From an uncultured Verrucomicrobiae bacterium (GTDB lineage Bacteria; Verrucomicrobiota; Verrucomicrobiia; Limisphaerales; Palsa-1400), in contig OY969763.1 of assembly GCA_963702845.1 (NCBI GenBank), positions 128,001 to 192,000 of the forward strand: 64,000 nucleotides of DNA. Reading direction: 5' to 3'. Under the pieces are notes generated by a model. That model was not told the origin of the DNA. It ran no database searches and saw nothing but the letters and a program-made list of their open reading frames with translations. The position numbers and the translations under genes were made by a program. Of the stretch, positions 1-9,658 are shown one piece after another. How positions within the stretch are numbered: the stretch's first letter is position 1; each line of letters opens with the position of its first letter.

Positions 1-315
1 TCGAGAGATGGCAGAAGCGCGGGATCATTCCGTTCGTGAAATGCGGCCATGCCGTGCTTTTCGACTGGGTGGATGTGCAACGACATCTGGAAGCGAATTT
101 CCGCGTTTGCGCGACCGCACAGCTACCCGCTTCAGCCGTCGCACATCTCTCCGCTTCCAAGAACTGAGCGTTAGCACGCGGCCACCTCAAATGAATTCCC
201 GAAGAAAAGGAAAAGTCGGCGAGCGCGAGTTGGGCTTCCCAAGCCTGCCTCAAGTTAGGTGCCCCGAAAGAGACGGTCGCTTCGCGACACGAGATGCCTC
301 GTTGGAGGCGAATCA

Positions 316-762
316 ATGAATAGTCGAACAAAAGGCAAACGTGGTGAACGGGAATTCGCCTCTCTCCTGCGCGAGCATGGTTTTGACGCGCGACGCGGAC
401 AGCAGTTCTGCGGCGGCGAAGATAGCCCCGACGTGGTCAGTGAAGCGCTCGCCTGGCTGCACTTCGAAATCAAGCGCGTGCAGAACCTGAATCTTACCGA
501 TGCGTGCGTGCAAGCGATTGGCGATTGCGGGCAGACGGTGTCTGCACTCAAGGGTGGCGTTCCTAAGCCGTGGGTGGTGGCGCATCGGAGAAATCATGCG
601 CCGTGGCTGATCACGATGAGCGCTGAAACTTTTTTCAAATTTCTGAGGGGCGCGTTGCCTCCAGATGTAACCGAACAAAACAACAATACTCCGATGCCAA
701 TTGGCACAGAGCAAAACATAGAAAGCAAAACGTATGAGTCTAGTCCTACAATCAACAGTTAG
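316..762 (+). CDS. Holliday junction resolvase-like (Hjc-type PD-(D/E)XK) phage protein
   Basis: MNSRTKGKRGERE...PDV...FEIKR motif; GGAGG RBS before ATG 316. Confidence 0.75.
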   Translation: MNSRTKGKRGEREFASLLREHGFDARRGQQFCGGEDSPDVVSEALAWLHFEIKRVQNLNLTDACVQAIGDCGQTVSALKGGVPKPWVVAHRRNHAPWLITMSAETFFKFLRGALPPDVTEQNNNTPMPIGTEQNIESKTYESSPTINS

Positions 763-1378
763 TTCCGATTTCAAACCGCATCCGGAAGGGATTCATCCCG
801 CCGTTTGTGTCGATGTGATCGATCTCGGCATGGTCGAGTCCGAATACAAGGGTCAGGTGTCACTCAAGCGCAAGCTGCGCGTGGTGTTTGAATCCGAACA
901 GGCGACTGCCGGTGGGGTTCGTTGCACGATCGGCAAGCGGTTCACTGCAAGTTTGCATCCGAAATCGCGCCTTGCGGAATTCCTCGGCAAGTGGCGCGGC
1001 CGTCCGGTTGTTCCTAGCGAAACGATTGACCTTGCAAAGTTGATCGGTGCGTCGTGCACGCTCGTTATCAGTCATCAAACGGATTTGAGTGGTCAGTTGT
1101 ACGCTGCTATCGATGCGGTTTCGAAGCCGACGAAGAAGGTCGCTCCTTCCGGCCAATACGATCCCGCTGCGGCGCGTCAGCGCATCGCGCAAGCGAAGCA
1201 GGCGAAGCAAGCGGGGCTTGCATCCACCTCGGCTTCGCCGGTTCGCGGAGTGACACCGGCAGCGGCGGCTCCGGCTCGTGCTATGACTCCGGTGCCGTCC
1301 GCGGCTGAGCCGTCCAAAAGCGCCGCGCCGACGTCGGCTCCGGCAGTTCCTGAGTACGATCCTGAAGTCGGATTCTGA
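734..1378 (+). CDS. Phage ssDNA-binding/replication protein (OB-fold-like)
   Basis: PEGIHPAVCVDVIDLG N-domain, Ala/Pro linker, acidic-aromatic tail YDPEVGF. Confidence 0.6.
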   Translation: MSLVLQSTVSSDFKPHPEGIHPAVCVDVIDLGMVESEYKGQVSLKRKLRVVFESEQATAGGVRCTIGKRFTASLHPKSRLAEFLGKWRGRPVVPSETIDLAKLIGASCTLVISHQTDLSGQLYAAIDAVSKPTKKVAPSGQYDPAAARQRIAQAKQAKQAGLASTSASPVRGVTPAAAAPARAMTPVPSAAEPSKSAAPTSAPAVPEYDPEVGF

Positions 1379-1418
1379 GTTGCGCGAAATAATCCCGTGA
1401 ACACATGACGCCAAGGTC

Positions 1419-1453
1419 ACGCGGGGCAGTGCAACAACTGCCCCGCGTTTTTT
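1419..1453 (+). terminator. Rho-independent terminator
   Basis: ACGCGGGGCAGT-loop-ACTGCCCCGCGT followed by a T run. Confidence 0.75.
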
Positions 1454-1466
1454 GAAAGGAAATTTT

Positions 1467-2300
1467 ATGACACTGATTGATAGACAACCGGCAAGCCATT
1501 GGTATTTGCGAGATGGCCGGCCATTTCATCAAATTGCAAAGAAGGACGGCAGCCTCAAGGCTGTCACGCTTGCAGACGCGCGCAAAGTTCTCGCACTGCC
1601 GAGCGTCACTAACATTTTAGGCGTGCTGGCTAAGCCTGGGCTCGATGCGTGGAAGATCGAGCAAGCAATTTTCGCGGCACTAACGTTGCCGCGCGAGGCG
1701 GATGAACCGCTGGATGCATTCGCGCGTCGTGTCGTTAAAGACATGAGCGAGCAAGTGAAGAAGGCTGCGGATTTCGGCACGGCAATTCACGCCGCATGCG
1801 AGGCCTACGCCATCAATAAGGAACTGCCGGGCACCCAAATGATTTTGGATTTCGTTCGCGAGTGGGTCCTTTGGTTCGACGAAAACGTGGAGCGCATCGA
1901 CGGCATCGAGCAAGTCGTTGTGCATCCTACGGCGCTCTATGCCGGCCGGGTCGATATGGTCGCGAAGTTGAAAGACATCGGTTGGTGCGTGGTGGATTTC
2001 AAAACGCAAAAGGTTAAGCGCAATGCCAAGGGTGAGCCGAAGGCTGCGTTTTATGAAACATGGCCGTTGCAGCTTGCCGCGTATCGGGAAGCGATTAACG
2101 CGTCGACGGGCAAAAACGTCGTCGGCCTAGTTTCGGTGGTGGTCGATAGCGTCGAGCCCGGGCCGGTGCATGTGAAGGTTTGGCCGCAGAATGTTAATTA
2201 CGCGGAGGTCTTCGCTGGGACGTATCTGGCTTGGAAATACATGAAGTGCTACTCGCCAGGTGAAGCGGCCCTGAACTCGCCGAATCCTGAACTGAATTAG
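1467..2300 (+). CDS. Phage PD-(D/E)XK exonuclease (Cas4/RecB-like)
   Basis: LPSVTNIL, GTAIH, YAGRVD, VVDFKT and QLAAY motifs. Confidence 0.8.
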   Translation: MTLIDRQPASHWYLRDGRPFHQIAKKDGSLKAVTLADARKVLALPSVTNILGVLAKPGLDAWKIEQAIFAALTLPREADEPLDAFARRVVKDMSEQVKKAADFGTAIHAACEAYAINKELPGTQMILDFVREWVLWFDENVERIDGIEQVVVHPTALYAGRVDMVAKLKDIGWCVVDFKTQKVKRNAKGEPKAAFYETWPLQLAAYREAINASTGKNVVGLVSVVVDSVEPGPVHVKVWPQNVNYAEVFAGTYLAWKYMKCYSPGEAALNSPNPELN

Positions 2301-2310
2301 GGGGAGCACA

Positions 2311-2565
2311 ATGGAAGCGTTAGCACGCCGCCACCTTAGCACACTGCTACCTCTCCGCCCACCCGCGCACGACGTGGAACGGGTGCGGCGGCTCATCGGC
2401 AGCAATCCGGAAAGCAACGCCATGGTGTTGCGATTCGTCGCGCATCAATACGGCGTTAAGACTCTGGATGATTTGCCGACGAAGGTGGTTCGGGCAATCT
2501 GCAAGCGGCCCGCAGCTTTCGCCCGCGCTGTTAAGCAGCATTGTGAGACTCACCTTCTCGGTTGA
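2311..2565 (+). CDS. Hypothetical phage protein
   Basis: RBS GGGGAG; in operon. Confidence 0.55.
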   Translation: MEALARRHLSTLLPLRPPAHDVERVRRLIGSNPESNAMVLRFVAHQYGVKTLDDLPTKVVRAICKRPAAFARAVKQHCETHLLG

Positions 2566-2601
2566 CCACGGATGACACAGATGATCAACAGACAGACATT
2601 T

Positions 2602-3057
2602 TTACTGCGCACTCGATTCGATGACGGATGCAACCCGTTTATTAATTTCGGGTTGATTATTCGACACGAAAAGGTCGTACAAGGATTTCTTTTCGGAATC
2701 ACTCAGCGTAGACACCCATCTTTCAAATGCATCCGAACGCGTATCGATAATGGCGCCGGGCTTGCCGTGACTGTAGCGAAGCGGCTTACCGAAAATGTTG
2801 TATGTGGTGCCTCCGTATCGTGTCCAGCGGTGGTGAAATTCGTTGGGAAATTTCTGGGCGATGAATTTCTCAATCAACGAGGAGCTCTCCCAGTTTCCTG
2901 TCTGCAACCCAAAAAAATATGTTCGATGGCCTCTCGTCGAACCGGTGTTTTCGCAAATGATGCCGACCTCCTCGTAGACGGGAAAAATCGGCAATATAAG
3001 GATTGCGGCCATTGCAACAATCGCACAGGCGGCTATGACTTTCCATCGGCGTCGCAC
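2602..3057 (-). CDS. Membrane-anchored hypothetical protein (antisense moron)
   Basis: Probable GTG start; RRRWK followed by a hydrophobic helix; looks less GC-rich than flanks. Confidence 0.65.
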   Translation of the reverse strand: MRRRWKVIAACAIVAMAAILILPIFPVYEEVGIICENTGSTRGHRTYFFGLQTGNWESSSLIEKFIAQKFPNEFHHRWTRYGGTTYNIFGKPLRYSHGKPGAIIDTRSDAFERWVSTLSDSEKKSLYDLFVSNNQPEINKRVASVIESSAQ

Positions 3058-3112
3058 GCAGGCAGTAAAACCCATCGGTGTGTGGCTCGCGAGTTTTCTT
3101 TGGAGGTGCGGT

Positions 3113-4099
3113 GTGATTGATCCGCGACAAGTCGCTGCGCAGGTGCTTGGGCCGATTGATTGGCAATCGGAGGTCAGCGGCTTTTGTCGTTGTCCTGGGG
3201 AAGCGCTGCACACGAGCGGGAACGGGGAAAAGGATTGTCGCGTCAACGTCGACGGTGCGCCGACAATCTTTTGTTTTCACGCGTCCTGTGCACCTGCGGT
3301 CGCCGCTGCAAATCACAAGCTGCGGTCGGGTCTTGGAAGTTCGCCTTGGGAAATCACCTTACCGGGCGGCACGGTGCTTAGAAGTGGCGATGTGTTGCAA
3401 GGCGACGGGACGGTTCTACAAGCATCTGCCTCCGCTGGAGGGCTCGCGCGACAAGCCGCCGATGGTGAACGCCAGGTGTTAGAAAACGTGCGGGCGTTGG
3501 CGGAGCGGTTCAAACCGGAATTGTTCGGCGCGTTTCATTGGCCGATGGAACGGATTCTTGCGGACTCGCCTTTGCAGGTCAGCGAGCGTGAACCGGAAGA
3601 GCAGTTCCGCGCCTGGCTAAAGTTGTGGCCGGCGCATTCGACGGTTTGGGTCGGCGATGTTTTCAGTTCGGGCAAGCCGGAACACAAAACGCATTTCAGG
3701 CCGGTGGCGGAGTGGTATCAGATCGGGCCGGTGCTCGGCAATTTCACGTGCGGCTCGGCGTTCAAGCCCGGCAGTTTTCAGCGCTCGAATGAAACAATCG
3801 ACGGGCATCGGTTTCTTGTTTTGGAGTCGGACACGCTGAGCCGCGACGAAGTCGGCGCGGTGTTTGCGTATGTGCGGCGGCGACTGCGTTACAAGCTGCA
3901 TTGCATCATTGATACCGCGGGCAAGTCTTTGCACGCGTGGTTTGATGCGCCGCGCACTCGTTTGCACGAGGGGCGATTGAAAGCAGGGCTGGAGGTGTTT
4001 GGGTGTGATCCGAAAGTTTTTACGTATTCGCAACCGGTCCGTGTGCCTGGGGCTTTCAGGGATGGACGGCTGCAGAAACTAGTTTGGTTGAGGTCTTAG
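3113..4099 (+). CDS. DNA primase (RepB'/AEP-like) with N-terminal Zn-binding domain
   Basis: CRCP..H and C..CFHASC; LVLESD and DTAGKSLHAW motifs; GGAGG before GTG 3113. Confidence 0.7.
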   Translation: MIDPRQVAAQVLGPIDWQSEVSGFCRCPGEALHTSGNGEKDCRVNVDGAPTIFCFHASCAPAVAAANHKLRSGLGSSPWEITLPGGTVLRSGDVLQGDGTVLQASASAGGLARQAADGERQVLENVRALAERFKPELFGAFHWPMERILADSPLQVSEREPEEQFRAWLKLWPAHSTVWVGDVFSSGKPEHKTHFRPVAEWYQIGPVLGNFTCGSAFKPGSFQRSNETIDGHRFLVLESDTLSRDEVGAVFAYVRRRLRYKLHCIIDTAGKSLHAWFDAPRTRLHEGRLKAGLEVFGCDPKVFTYSQPVRVPGAFRDGRLQKLVWLRS

Positions 4100-4160
4100 C
4101 AGACGGCCACCGATGATCACCCACTTAAATATCTCAATCGAAACACGACCTCGGGAAGGC

Positions 4161-4838
4161 TCACAGCGCACTCAGCGCGTTCGTCGCGATCACACGCACA
4201 CGCTCGTCGGAGTCCTTCAGGTGTTTGCGTATTTCCTGCCTAATGAATTCGTGTTCAGCAGGAATCGTCAGGGCTGCCAGAGTTTCTGCGGGGTTTGGAT
4301 TGTTTGGATCGTGCAGCAGCGAGACGATGGTTTGAATCCCCTCGTTTCCCATGTCTACTATCGCGGAAGCCGCGTTTGCGGCGGCAATAGGGTGCTTTGC
4401 GTCCATAACGGATTTCGAGAGTTGCGGAATCGCGGGCGCGGCGTTTGTTCCAACAATTCTGAAAACGGTCAAGGCAATCAGTACGCGGCGTTCGCCCCGG
4501 GTTATAAGCCTGTAATATCCCTGGAAAATACCAACCTTTCCTGCGGCCGGCATCATCAATTGCTGAACACGCGCGAGGCGAGGCGATTTCTCATAGCTAA
4601 CCCATCGGATAAGTGTTGGAAGAATTTGCGGGGTCATTTTACCCAATGCCTGGGCGGCTGCGCCCTGTTTAGCATCTTCAAAGGTTTGCTGATCCTGTTC
4701 GTAAGCAGATATCCACTGCGAAAGGGTGCGGCCTTTGTATACCGGTTCGGAATCTCCCGTTGTCAGCGCAATGGCGGCAACGATTGCCATAATCGTGCCC
4801 GCTACAAGGGTAATTTTCCACCGTCGCTTCACACTCAC
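4161..4838 (-). CDS. Membrane-anchored HEAT-repeat protein (antisense moron)
   Basis: N-terminal TM helix, EPVYKGRTLSQW, HEAT-like AAPAIPQL and LKDSDERVRVIATNAL. Confidence 0.75.
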   Translation of the reverse strand: MSVKRRWKITLVAGTIMAIVAAIALTTGDSEPVYKGRTLSQWISAYEQDQQTFEDAKQGAAAQALGKMTPQILPTLIRWVSYEKSPRLARVQQLMMPAAGKVGIFQGYYRLITRGERRVLIALTVFRIVGTNAAPAIPQLSKSVMDAKHPIAAANAASAIVDMGNEGIQTIVSLLHDPNNPNPAETLAALTIPAEHEFIRQEIRKHLKDSDERVRVIATNALSAL

Positions 4839-4858
4839 AGAGTAGGCGGGTGCATTGA

Positions 4859-5884
4859 ATGAGCGAGCAAATTGACATCGCGGTTGATCTGGGCGCCGTG
4901 CCGCCTCCTTTGCCGGAGATTGTCTCGTTGCGCAGTTTCATCGTCAACCCACCGACGCCTCCGCCGCAGGTCATCGAAGGCATCCTCCATCAGGGGTGCA
5001 AAATGATTTTGGGCGGGACGTCCAAGAGCAATAAGTCGTGGTGTTTGCTCGATCTGGCTTTCAGCGTTGCGAGCGGCCAAAAGTGGTGGGGCAAGCAGTG
5101 CGTCAAAGTGCCGGTGGTTTATATCAATTTCGAACTGCATGCCTGGGCGATGGCGCAACGCGTGGATGCGCTTTGCGCGGCGCGTCCGGAGTGCAAAGGC
5201 ATCGGGGATACGTTTCATCTTTGGAATCTGCGCGGGCACAATGCTGATCTGACGTTGTTGCGGCCGAAGTTGCTCGAGCAACTGTCGCGGCATGAATTCG
5301 GGCTCATCATTGTGGATCCCGCTTTCAAGGTGCTCGGCGATCGGGACGAGAATTCGAACGGTGAGATTGCCGCGTTGATGAATGAGTTTGAGGCAATCGC
5401 GCAGGGTTCGGGTGCTGCGGTGGTCATTGCGCATCATTTCGCCAAAGGCGACAGCACCGCGAAAGAGGCCGGCGATCGCATGAGCGGAGCCGGTGCGTGG
5501 GTGCGTGACCCGGACAGCATCATGGTGATGACACCGCACGAGGAGCCGGATTGTTACACGGTCAGCAGTATTCTCCGCAATTTGCCCAGGCAGGATGAGT
5601 TCGTTGTCGAATGGGAGTTTCCGCGGATGAAGGTTGCGAGCGAGCTAGATCCTCATGCGCTGCGTCGGCCCCAATCCAAGAACAAGGTTTGTCGCGACAG
5701 CGAATTCATTGAGCAAGTGCTTGGCAATGGTTCAAAAGCGTTCACGCGCATTGTCGTGGACGCTGAGTCGGCGTTGCAGATGAGCCGACGAACGACGGCG
5801 AATTATCTCAAGCGCTTGTGTGAGGCTGGTTTAGTCAAACAAGGAGGCGGGCTTTATTGGAAAGCTGCGCCTGCTCAACCGTAA
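4859..5884 (+). CDS. RepA/AAA_25-type replicative helicase
   Basis: Walker A variant GGTSKSNKS, Walker B IIVDP, DENSN, AHHFAKG, C-terminal wHTH. Confidence 0.85.
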   Translation: MSEQIDIAVDLGAVPPPLPEIVSLRSFIVNPPTPPPQVIEGILHQGCKMILGGTSKSNKSWCLLDLAFSVASGQKWWGKQCVKVPVVYINFELHAWAMAQRVDALCAARPECKGIGDTFHLWNLRGHNADLTLLRPKLLEQLSRHEFGLIIVDPAFKVLGDRDENSNGEIAALMNEFEAIAQGSGAAVVIAHHFAKGDSTAKEAGDRMSGAGAWVRDPDSIMVMTPHEEPDCYTVSSILRNLPRQDEFVVEWEFPRMKVASELDPHALRRPQSKNKVCRDSEFIEQVLGNGSKAFTRIVVDAESALQMSRRTTANYLKRLCEAGLVKQGGGLYWKAAPAQP

Positions 5885-6024
5885 AAAACCCAAAGGAAGT
5901 GCAAGGTGCAACATCCCTATAATAAGAATGCAGCATTAAGCAGGAAAGAAGGGACAACCCTCCTAGGAGTCGGGTTGCCCTTCTTCTGCCTGCAATGGGT
6001 TTGCACCTGTTTGAAAGTGATTTT

Positions 6025-6606
6025 ATGAGCAGACCATTCGAACAACTACCGAAAGAAAGCGCGAAAGCCTTCGCGGCGTTCAACTTGTATCTGAATCTCG
6101 GCGCGGAGCGTTCATTGCGGGAGGTAGGGGAAAAGTTAGGTAAGAGTGAGGGATTAATTGAACGCTGGTGTTCCAAATATGATTGGAAGACGCGCGTGCA
6201 GGCGTTCTCGGCGCACCTTGCACTGGTGGAGCGCGAAGCGATTGAGGCTTTGGCGCGAGAGCGTGCGATTGACTGGCATAAGTTGCACGAAGAGCAACGG
6301 ATCACTGAGTGGAAGATACGGTGTGAAGCCTTGGAGCTGGCGAAGGAGGTCATCGCTCGATGGCGAGAGAACACGAATAAAGCGGGGACGCTTGAAGGGA
6401 TCGCACGGCTTTTGGAGTTGGTCCACAAGTTCGGGCGGTCGGCAACGGGGATGCCTACGGAGATCAAGGAGGTTCGTGGGGAAGTGAATGCGACGCTGGA
6501 GGTGGAGTGGGAGATCGCGTTGAAAAAGGCGTTTCCAAAGGTGGCAGCGCCACCGGCCACTATTGTGGAGGCAGAAGTGATTGAACCGAAGGAGCTGAAG
6601 CCATGA
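6025..6606 (+). CDS. Terminase small subunit-like protein
   Basis: ESAKAFAAF..Y..RSLREV..ERW..KYDW HTH; overlaps the terL start. Confidence 0.7.
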   Translation: MSRPFEQLPKESAKAFAAFNLYLNLGAERSLREVGEKLGKSEGLIERWCSKYDWKTRVQAFSAHLALVEREAIEALARERAIDWHKLHEEQRITEWKIRCEALELAKEVIARWRENTNKAGTLEGIARLLELVHKFGRSATGMPTEIKEVRGEVNATLEVEWEIALKKAFPKVAAPPATIVEAEVIEPKELKP

Positions 6607-8018
6607 TTGAGCAGCAAATGTTTGTAGATGAAGCGGTGCGCGCTGGTTGCGGCGAGGATCAGATTCGGAACTTTATCCGCGCGCGCGTGTTCTTGCAGCA
6701 GCGGCAACTGGTGGCGAGCGCGGCGGCGCGGCTCTGCGATAGCCCGGATGGGCCGACGTCGATCGGCTACGGCGGCGCGCGCGGTGGCGGCAAGTCGCAT
6801 TGGCTTTTGGCGCAGATGGGCGCGGACGATTGTCAGCGTGTGCCTGGGCTGAAATGTCTTTTGCTCCGCAAAGTTGGGAAGTCGAACACGGAACATTTCG
6901 AGGATCTGCGCCGAAAGCTGTTCATGTGTTTGCCTCATGAGTTTTCGGCCTATCGTGGGTTGTTGACGTTCACGAACGGGTCGCGGATTCATGCCGGGCA
7001 TTTCCAATGTGAGAAGGACATCGATAATTATCTAGGCATTGAATACGACGTGATCGGGATCGAGGAGGCAACGACGTTGTCGAAGCGGAAGCATGACGAT
7101 ATTTCGACGTGCTGCCGGTCATCGAAGATTTTGCCGGACGGCACGACGTGGCGTCCGCGGATTTATTCGACGACGAATCCGGGCGGGGTAGGGCACGCTT
7201 GGTATCGAGCGATGTTTATTGTGCCGTTCCAGGATGAGAAGGAGAGCGATACGCGATTTATTCCGGCGCGCGTTGAAGATAACAAGTTCAACAATCCGGA
7301 TTATCGCAAGAGGCTGGAGGGTTTGGCCGACGGTTGGCAAAAGCGCGCCTGGCTGCACGGTGATTGGGACATTGCGGCAGGGCAATTCTTCACGACGTTT
7401 CGACGCGATGTGCACGTCATCGAGGATTTTGATGACACGCGCGCAATGGAGTGGTTCGCCGCGCTCGACTACGGGTTCAATCATTACACGGTGGTGTTGC
7501 TCGGGTGCCGCGATGGCGATGGCAACGTTTTTATCGTGGATGAACATGCGGAGCGGATGTGGGTTCCGCAGCGGCACGCGCAGGCGATCCGCACGATGTT
7601 GGCGCGGCACAAAACAAATCAGGGTTGCACGTTGCACTTGCTGGATTTGAAACAGGTTGTTGCCGGCGCGGATGTGTTCAGTCGACAGAGCGACGGCACT
7701 ACGATCGCGGCGCAATATGAGCGGCTGGGGGTGAAGCTTTCGCAAGCGAACATGGACCGGGTAAATGGATGGGCGGAGGTGCTGCACCTGTTAGGTGACA
7801 CGGCGAATAATATTAAGCCGAAGTTGTTTATTCATCGGCGGTGTGCGCGGTTGGTCGAGTGTTTGCCGGCGTTGCAGCACGATCCGAAGCGTCCTGAGGA
7901 TGTTTACAAAGTTGACGCCGAGGATGGAATCGGCGGCGACGATGCGGCGGATGCTCTTCGGTATATGGTCGCGACGAAGTCGCGCGAGTGTTTTGTGCGG
8001 AAGTTGAGGGGACTCTAA
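6603..8018 (+). CDS. terL: Terminase large subunit
   Basis: GGARGGGKS, IEEAT, TTNPGGVGH, LDYGF, DDAADALRY. Confidence 0.92.
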   Translation: MIEQQMFVDEAVRAGCGEDQIRNFIRARVFLQQRQLVASAAARLCDSPDGPTSIGYGGARGGGKSHWLLAQMGADDCQRVPGLKCLLLRKVGKSNTEHFEDLRRKLFMCLPHEFSAYRGLLTFTNGSRIHAGHFQCEKDIDNYLGIEYDVIGIEEATTLSKRKHDDISTCCRSSKILPDGTTWRPRIYSTTNPGGVGHAWYRAMFIVPFQDEKESDTRFIPARVEDNKFNNPDYRKRLEGLADGWQKRAWLHGDWDIAAGQFFTTFRRDVHVIEDFDDTRAMEWFAALDYGFNHYTVVLLGCRDGDGNVFIVDEHAERMWVPQRHAQAIRTMLARHKTNQGCTLHLLDLKQVVAGADVFSRQSDGTTIAAQYERLGVKLSQANMDRVNGWAEVLHLLGDTANNIKPKLFIHRRCARLVECLPALQHDPKRPEDVYKVDAEDGIGGDDAADALRYMVATKSRECFVRKLRGL

Positions 8019-8068
8019 GAAAGGCTGAAGGATGAAGGGCTTTGCCCCGCTTTTGGTCGAGCCCATTG

Positions 8069-8371
8069 TTAGGCACTACTGCCTCGGACTTTGAAGAAGC
8101 CCCACTTCATACCAAGGCCGATAGCAGCGACGAAGGAAAGTGCCGCGCAGGGAAAAATATTTTGGATCAACTGGAACGTGCGAAGTTCCTTGAGCGACGC
8201 ATACCGAACGGAGCCATGGCTTACTACCACTTTCTCGGTCAGGCCCAAAGTCTCGTCTGGAGCCTTCGGGAGATGAACGAAGTAATATTGGTCTATAAAC
8301 ACAGCTGCTCCCACGAAGATGAAAAAAAATCCAAGGAGAACCCCAAGCAATGTTTTGCGAAACCTATTCAT
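8069..8371 (-). CDS. Two-TM membrane protein, integron-cassette-like
   Basis: Stop codon lies in GCCTAAC (attC R''-like); attI-like family-B site upstream. Confidence 0.7.
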   Translation of the reverse strand: MNRFRKTLLGVLLGFFFIFVGAAVFIDQYYFVHLPKAPDETLGLTEKVVVSHGSVRYASLKELRTFQLIQNIFPCAALSFVAAIGLGMKWGFFKVRGSSA

Positions 8372-8381
8372 GATTCATCAC

Positions 8382-8442
8382 CACCTAGACAATTTATATC
8401 CGACAACTGTTCGCAGATTTTGAATCAGCCAACAAGGGTTTT
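8382..8442 (-). repeat. Family-B attI-like site, copy inside the prophage
   Basis: aatttatatccgacaactgttcgcagattttgaatcagccaacaagggtttt aligns with 50993-51052 and 55450-55508. Confidence 0.75.
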
Positions 8443-8565
8443 ATGGCGGCTTCTTTAAGAGAGGCCGGAGTCCAGAGGTTGCAAATCTCTGGCGCGGAGG
8501 TTTGGAGGCGGCGTGAGTCTCCAAAGCGAATGGCTCGCGCCTGGGCGGACGCGAGGCAAAACGGG

Positions 8566-8943
8566 TTATCGGGGACTGGCCGCGCAGGTTTGCGGCTTCG
8601 CGTCGCGATCGGCGGTGTAGATGAGAGGCTGGCCGCAGGCGTGGCAGGTTTTCCAATAGGTGCCGGCGTCGCGGTCTTTCTGACTTCGGCAATACCAGCG
8701 GATGCCGCATTGGGCGTGTTCGTCGGGCGTGCGGTATTTGTTCGCACAGGCGCGCTGAAAGCGGCGGTGATTCTTCGCGATTTCCTCCTCGGCGTTGCGC
8801 TTCTCGCGCTGGATTTTGGCGAGGATCTTCGCGGCTTGTTTGACTTCCCGTTCGTGTTGTTCGGCGGCGCGTTGGGCTTCGCACTTCGCGGTGTCGGCCG
8901 CAACGGCGGCGGCTTCGAACGGCATGAGAGATTGTTGGTTCAT
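8566..8943 (-). CDS. Hypothetical coiled-coil protein with CxxC
   Basis: ATG 8943 coupled to the upstream ORF; CHACG. Confidence 0.6.
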   Translation of the reverse strand: MNQQSLMPFEAAAVAADTAKCEAQRAAEQHEREVKQAAKILAKIQREKRNAEEEIAKNHRRFQRACANKYRTPDEHAQCGIRWYCRSQKDRDAGTYWKTCHACGQPLIYTADRDAKPQTCAASPR

Positions 8944-9287
8944 GAATGGAGTTCGGTGTGGATGAGGTCTGCGAGGTAATGCGCTTGTTTGGGCAAGCCA
9001 CGAATGTTCCAACGTTTCAGAACGGCTGCGCGTTGCTCCGGCCTGAGCAAGAGGAGCTGGCGGCGCGCTCTGCGCCACGTCTGCGCGGTTTGGTTTCTCC
9101 AGCGTTGCACCATTTCGACGGTTTCTTGGTCAAGGCGATCAATGCGTTGGTGTGCCGTCTCGGTCGGTGCGAGTTCTGGAAAAAGACAGACGGCATCGGT
9201 CTGGCGCTGGAGGGCGCGACTTGCGGCGGCGATGCGTCGTCCCGAAACAGGGCGGCGCGCTGCTTTCATGTGCTTGTCGAATCTCAT
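8940..9287 (-). CDS. Hypothetical protein
   Basis: 4-bp overlap with the downstream gene. Confidence 0.6.
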   Translation of the reverse strand: MRFDKHMKAARRPVSGRRIAAASRALQRQTDAVCLFPELAPTETAHQRIDRLDQETVEMVQRWRNQTAQTWRRARRQLLLLRPEQRAAVLKRWNIRGLPKQAHYLADLIHTELHS

Positions 9288-9346
9288 GGCTCGATCCTCG
9301 TCGGGTGGATGGCTCCCGCCCTGGGCGGACGGGAACCAAGTGGGAA

Positions 9347-9658
9347 CTAGGCTGTGGCTGCCTCTACTTCGATGGGCGGGTGTGCCTCGTGGATGAGCTC
9401 CAGCTTGCGGTCCGTGGCCATCACTTTCGCGAGGCCCGAAGCGCGGCGGAAGTCGTAGACACCGTAAACTGTGTTGATTGGCTGGCCGTGCTCGTCACCG
9501 AGATAAACTGACCAGCGCTGAACGTCTGCGCCGGTCTTGTCTTTGCTCTGTTCCGGTCCCCGGAAGAAGACGGCTCTCCATGCCTGACTGGTTGACTGTG
9601 CGATCCGGTTCATGAGCCCTGGCGTTTCAGTGTTTTGTTTTTTGGTATTTGTTTTCAT
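9347..9658 (-). CDS. Hypothetical protein
   Basis: ATG 9658 after an A-rich leader; first gene of a small antisense operon. Confidence 0.5.
   Translation of the reverse strand: MKTNTKKQNTETPGLMNRIAQSTSQAWRAVFFRGPEQSKDKTGADVQRWSVYLGDEHGQPINTVYGVYDFRRASGLAKVMATDRKLELIHEAHPPIEVEAATA

Noticed and set aside
1467..2300. Cas4 of a CRISPR system
   Set aside because: No Fe-S cysteine cluster or array; phage replication context.
5835..7007. Long antisense ORFs over core genes (also 22869-23552 and others)
   Set aside because: Shadow frames of well-supported genes in GC-rich DNA.
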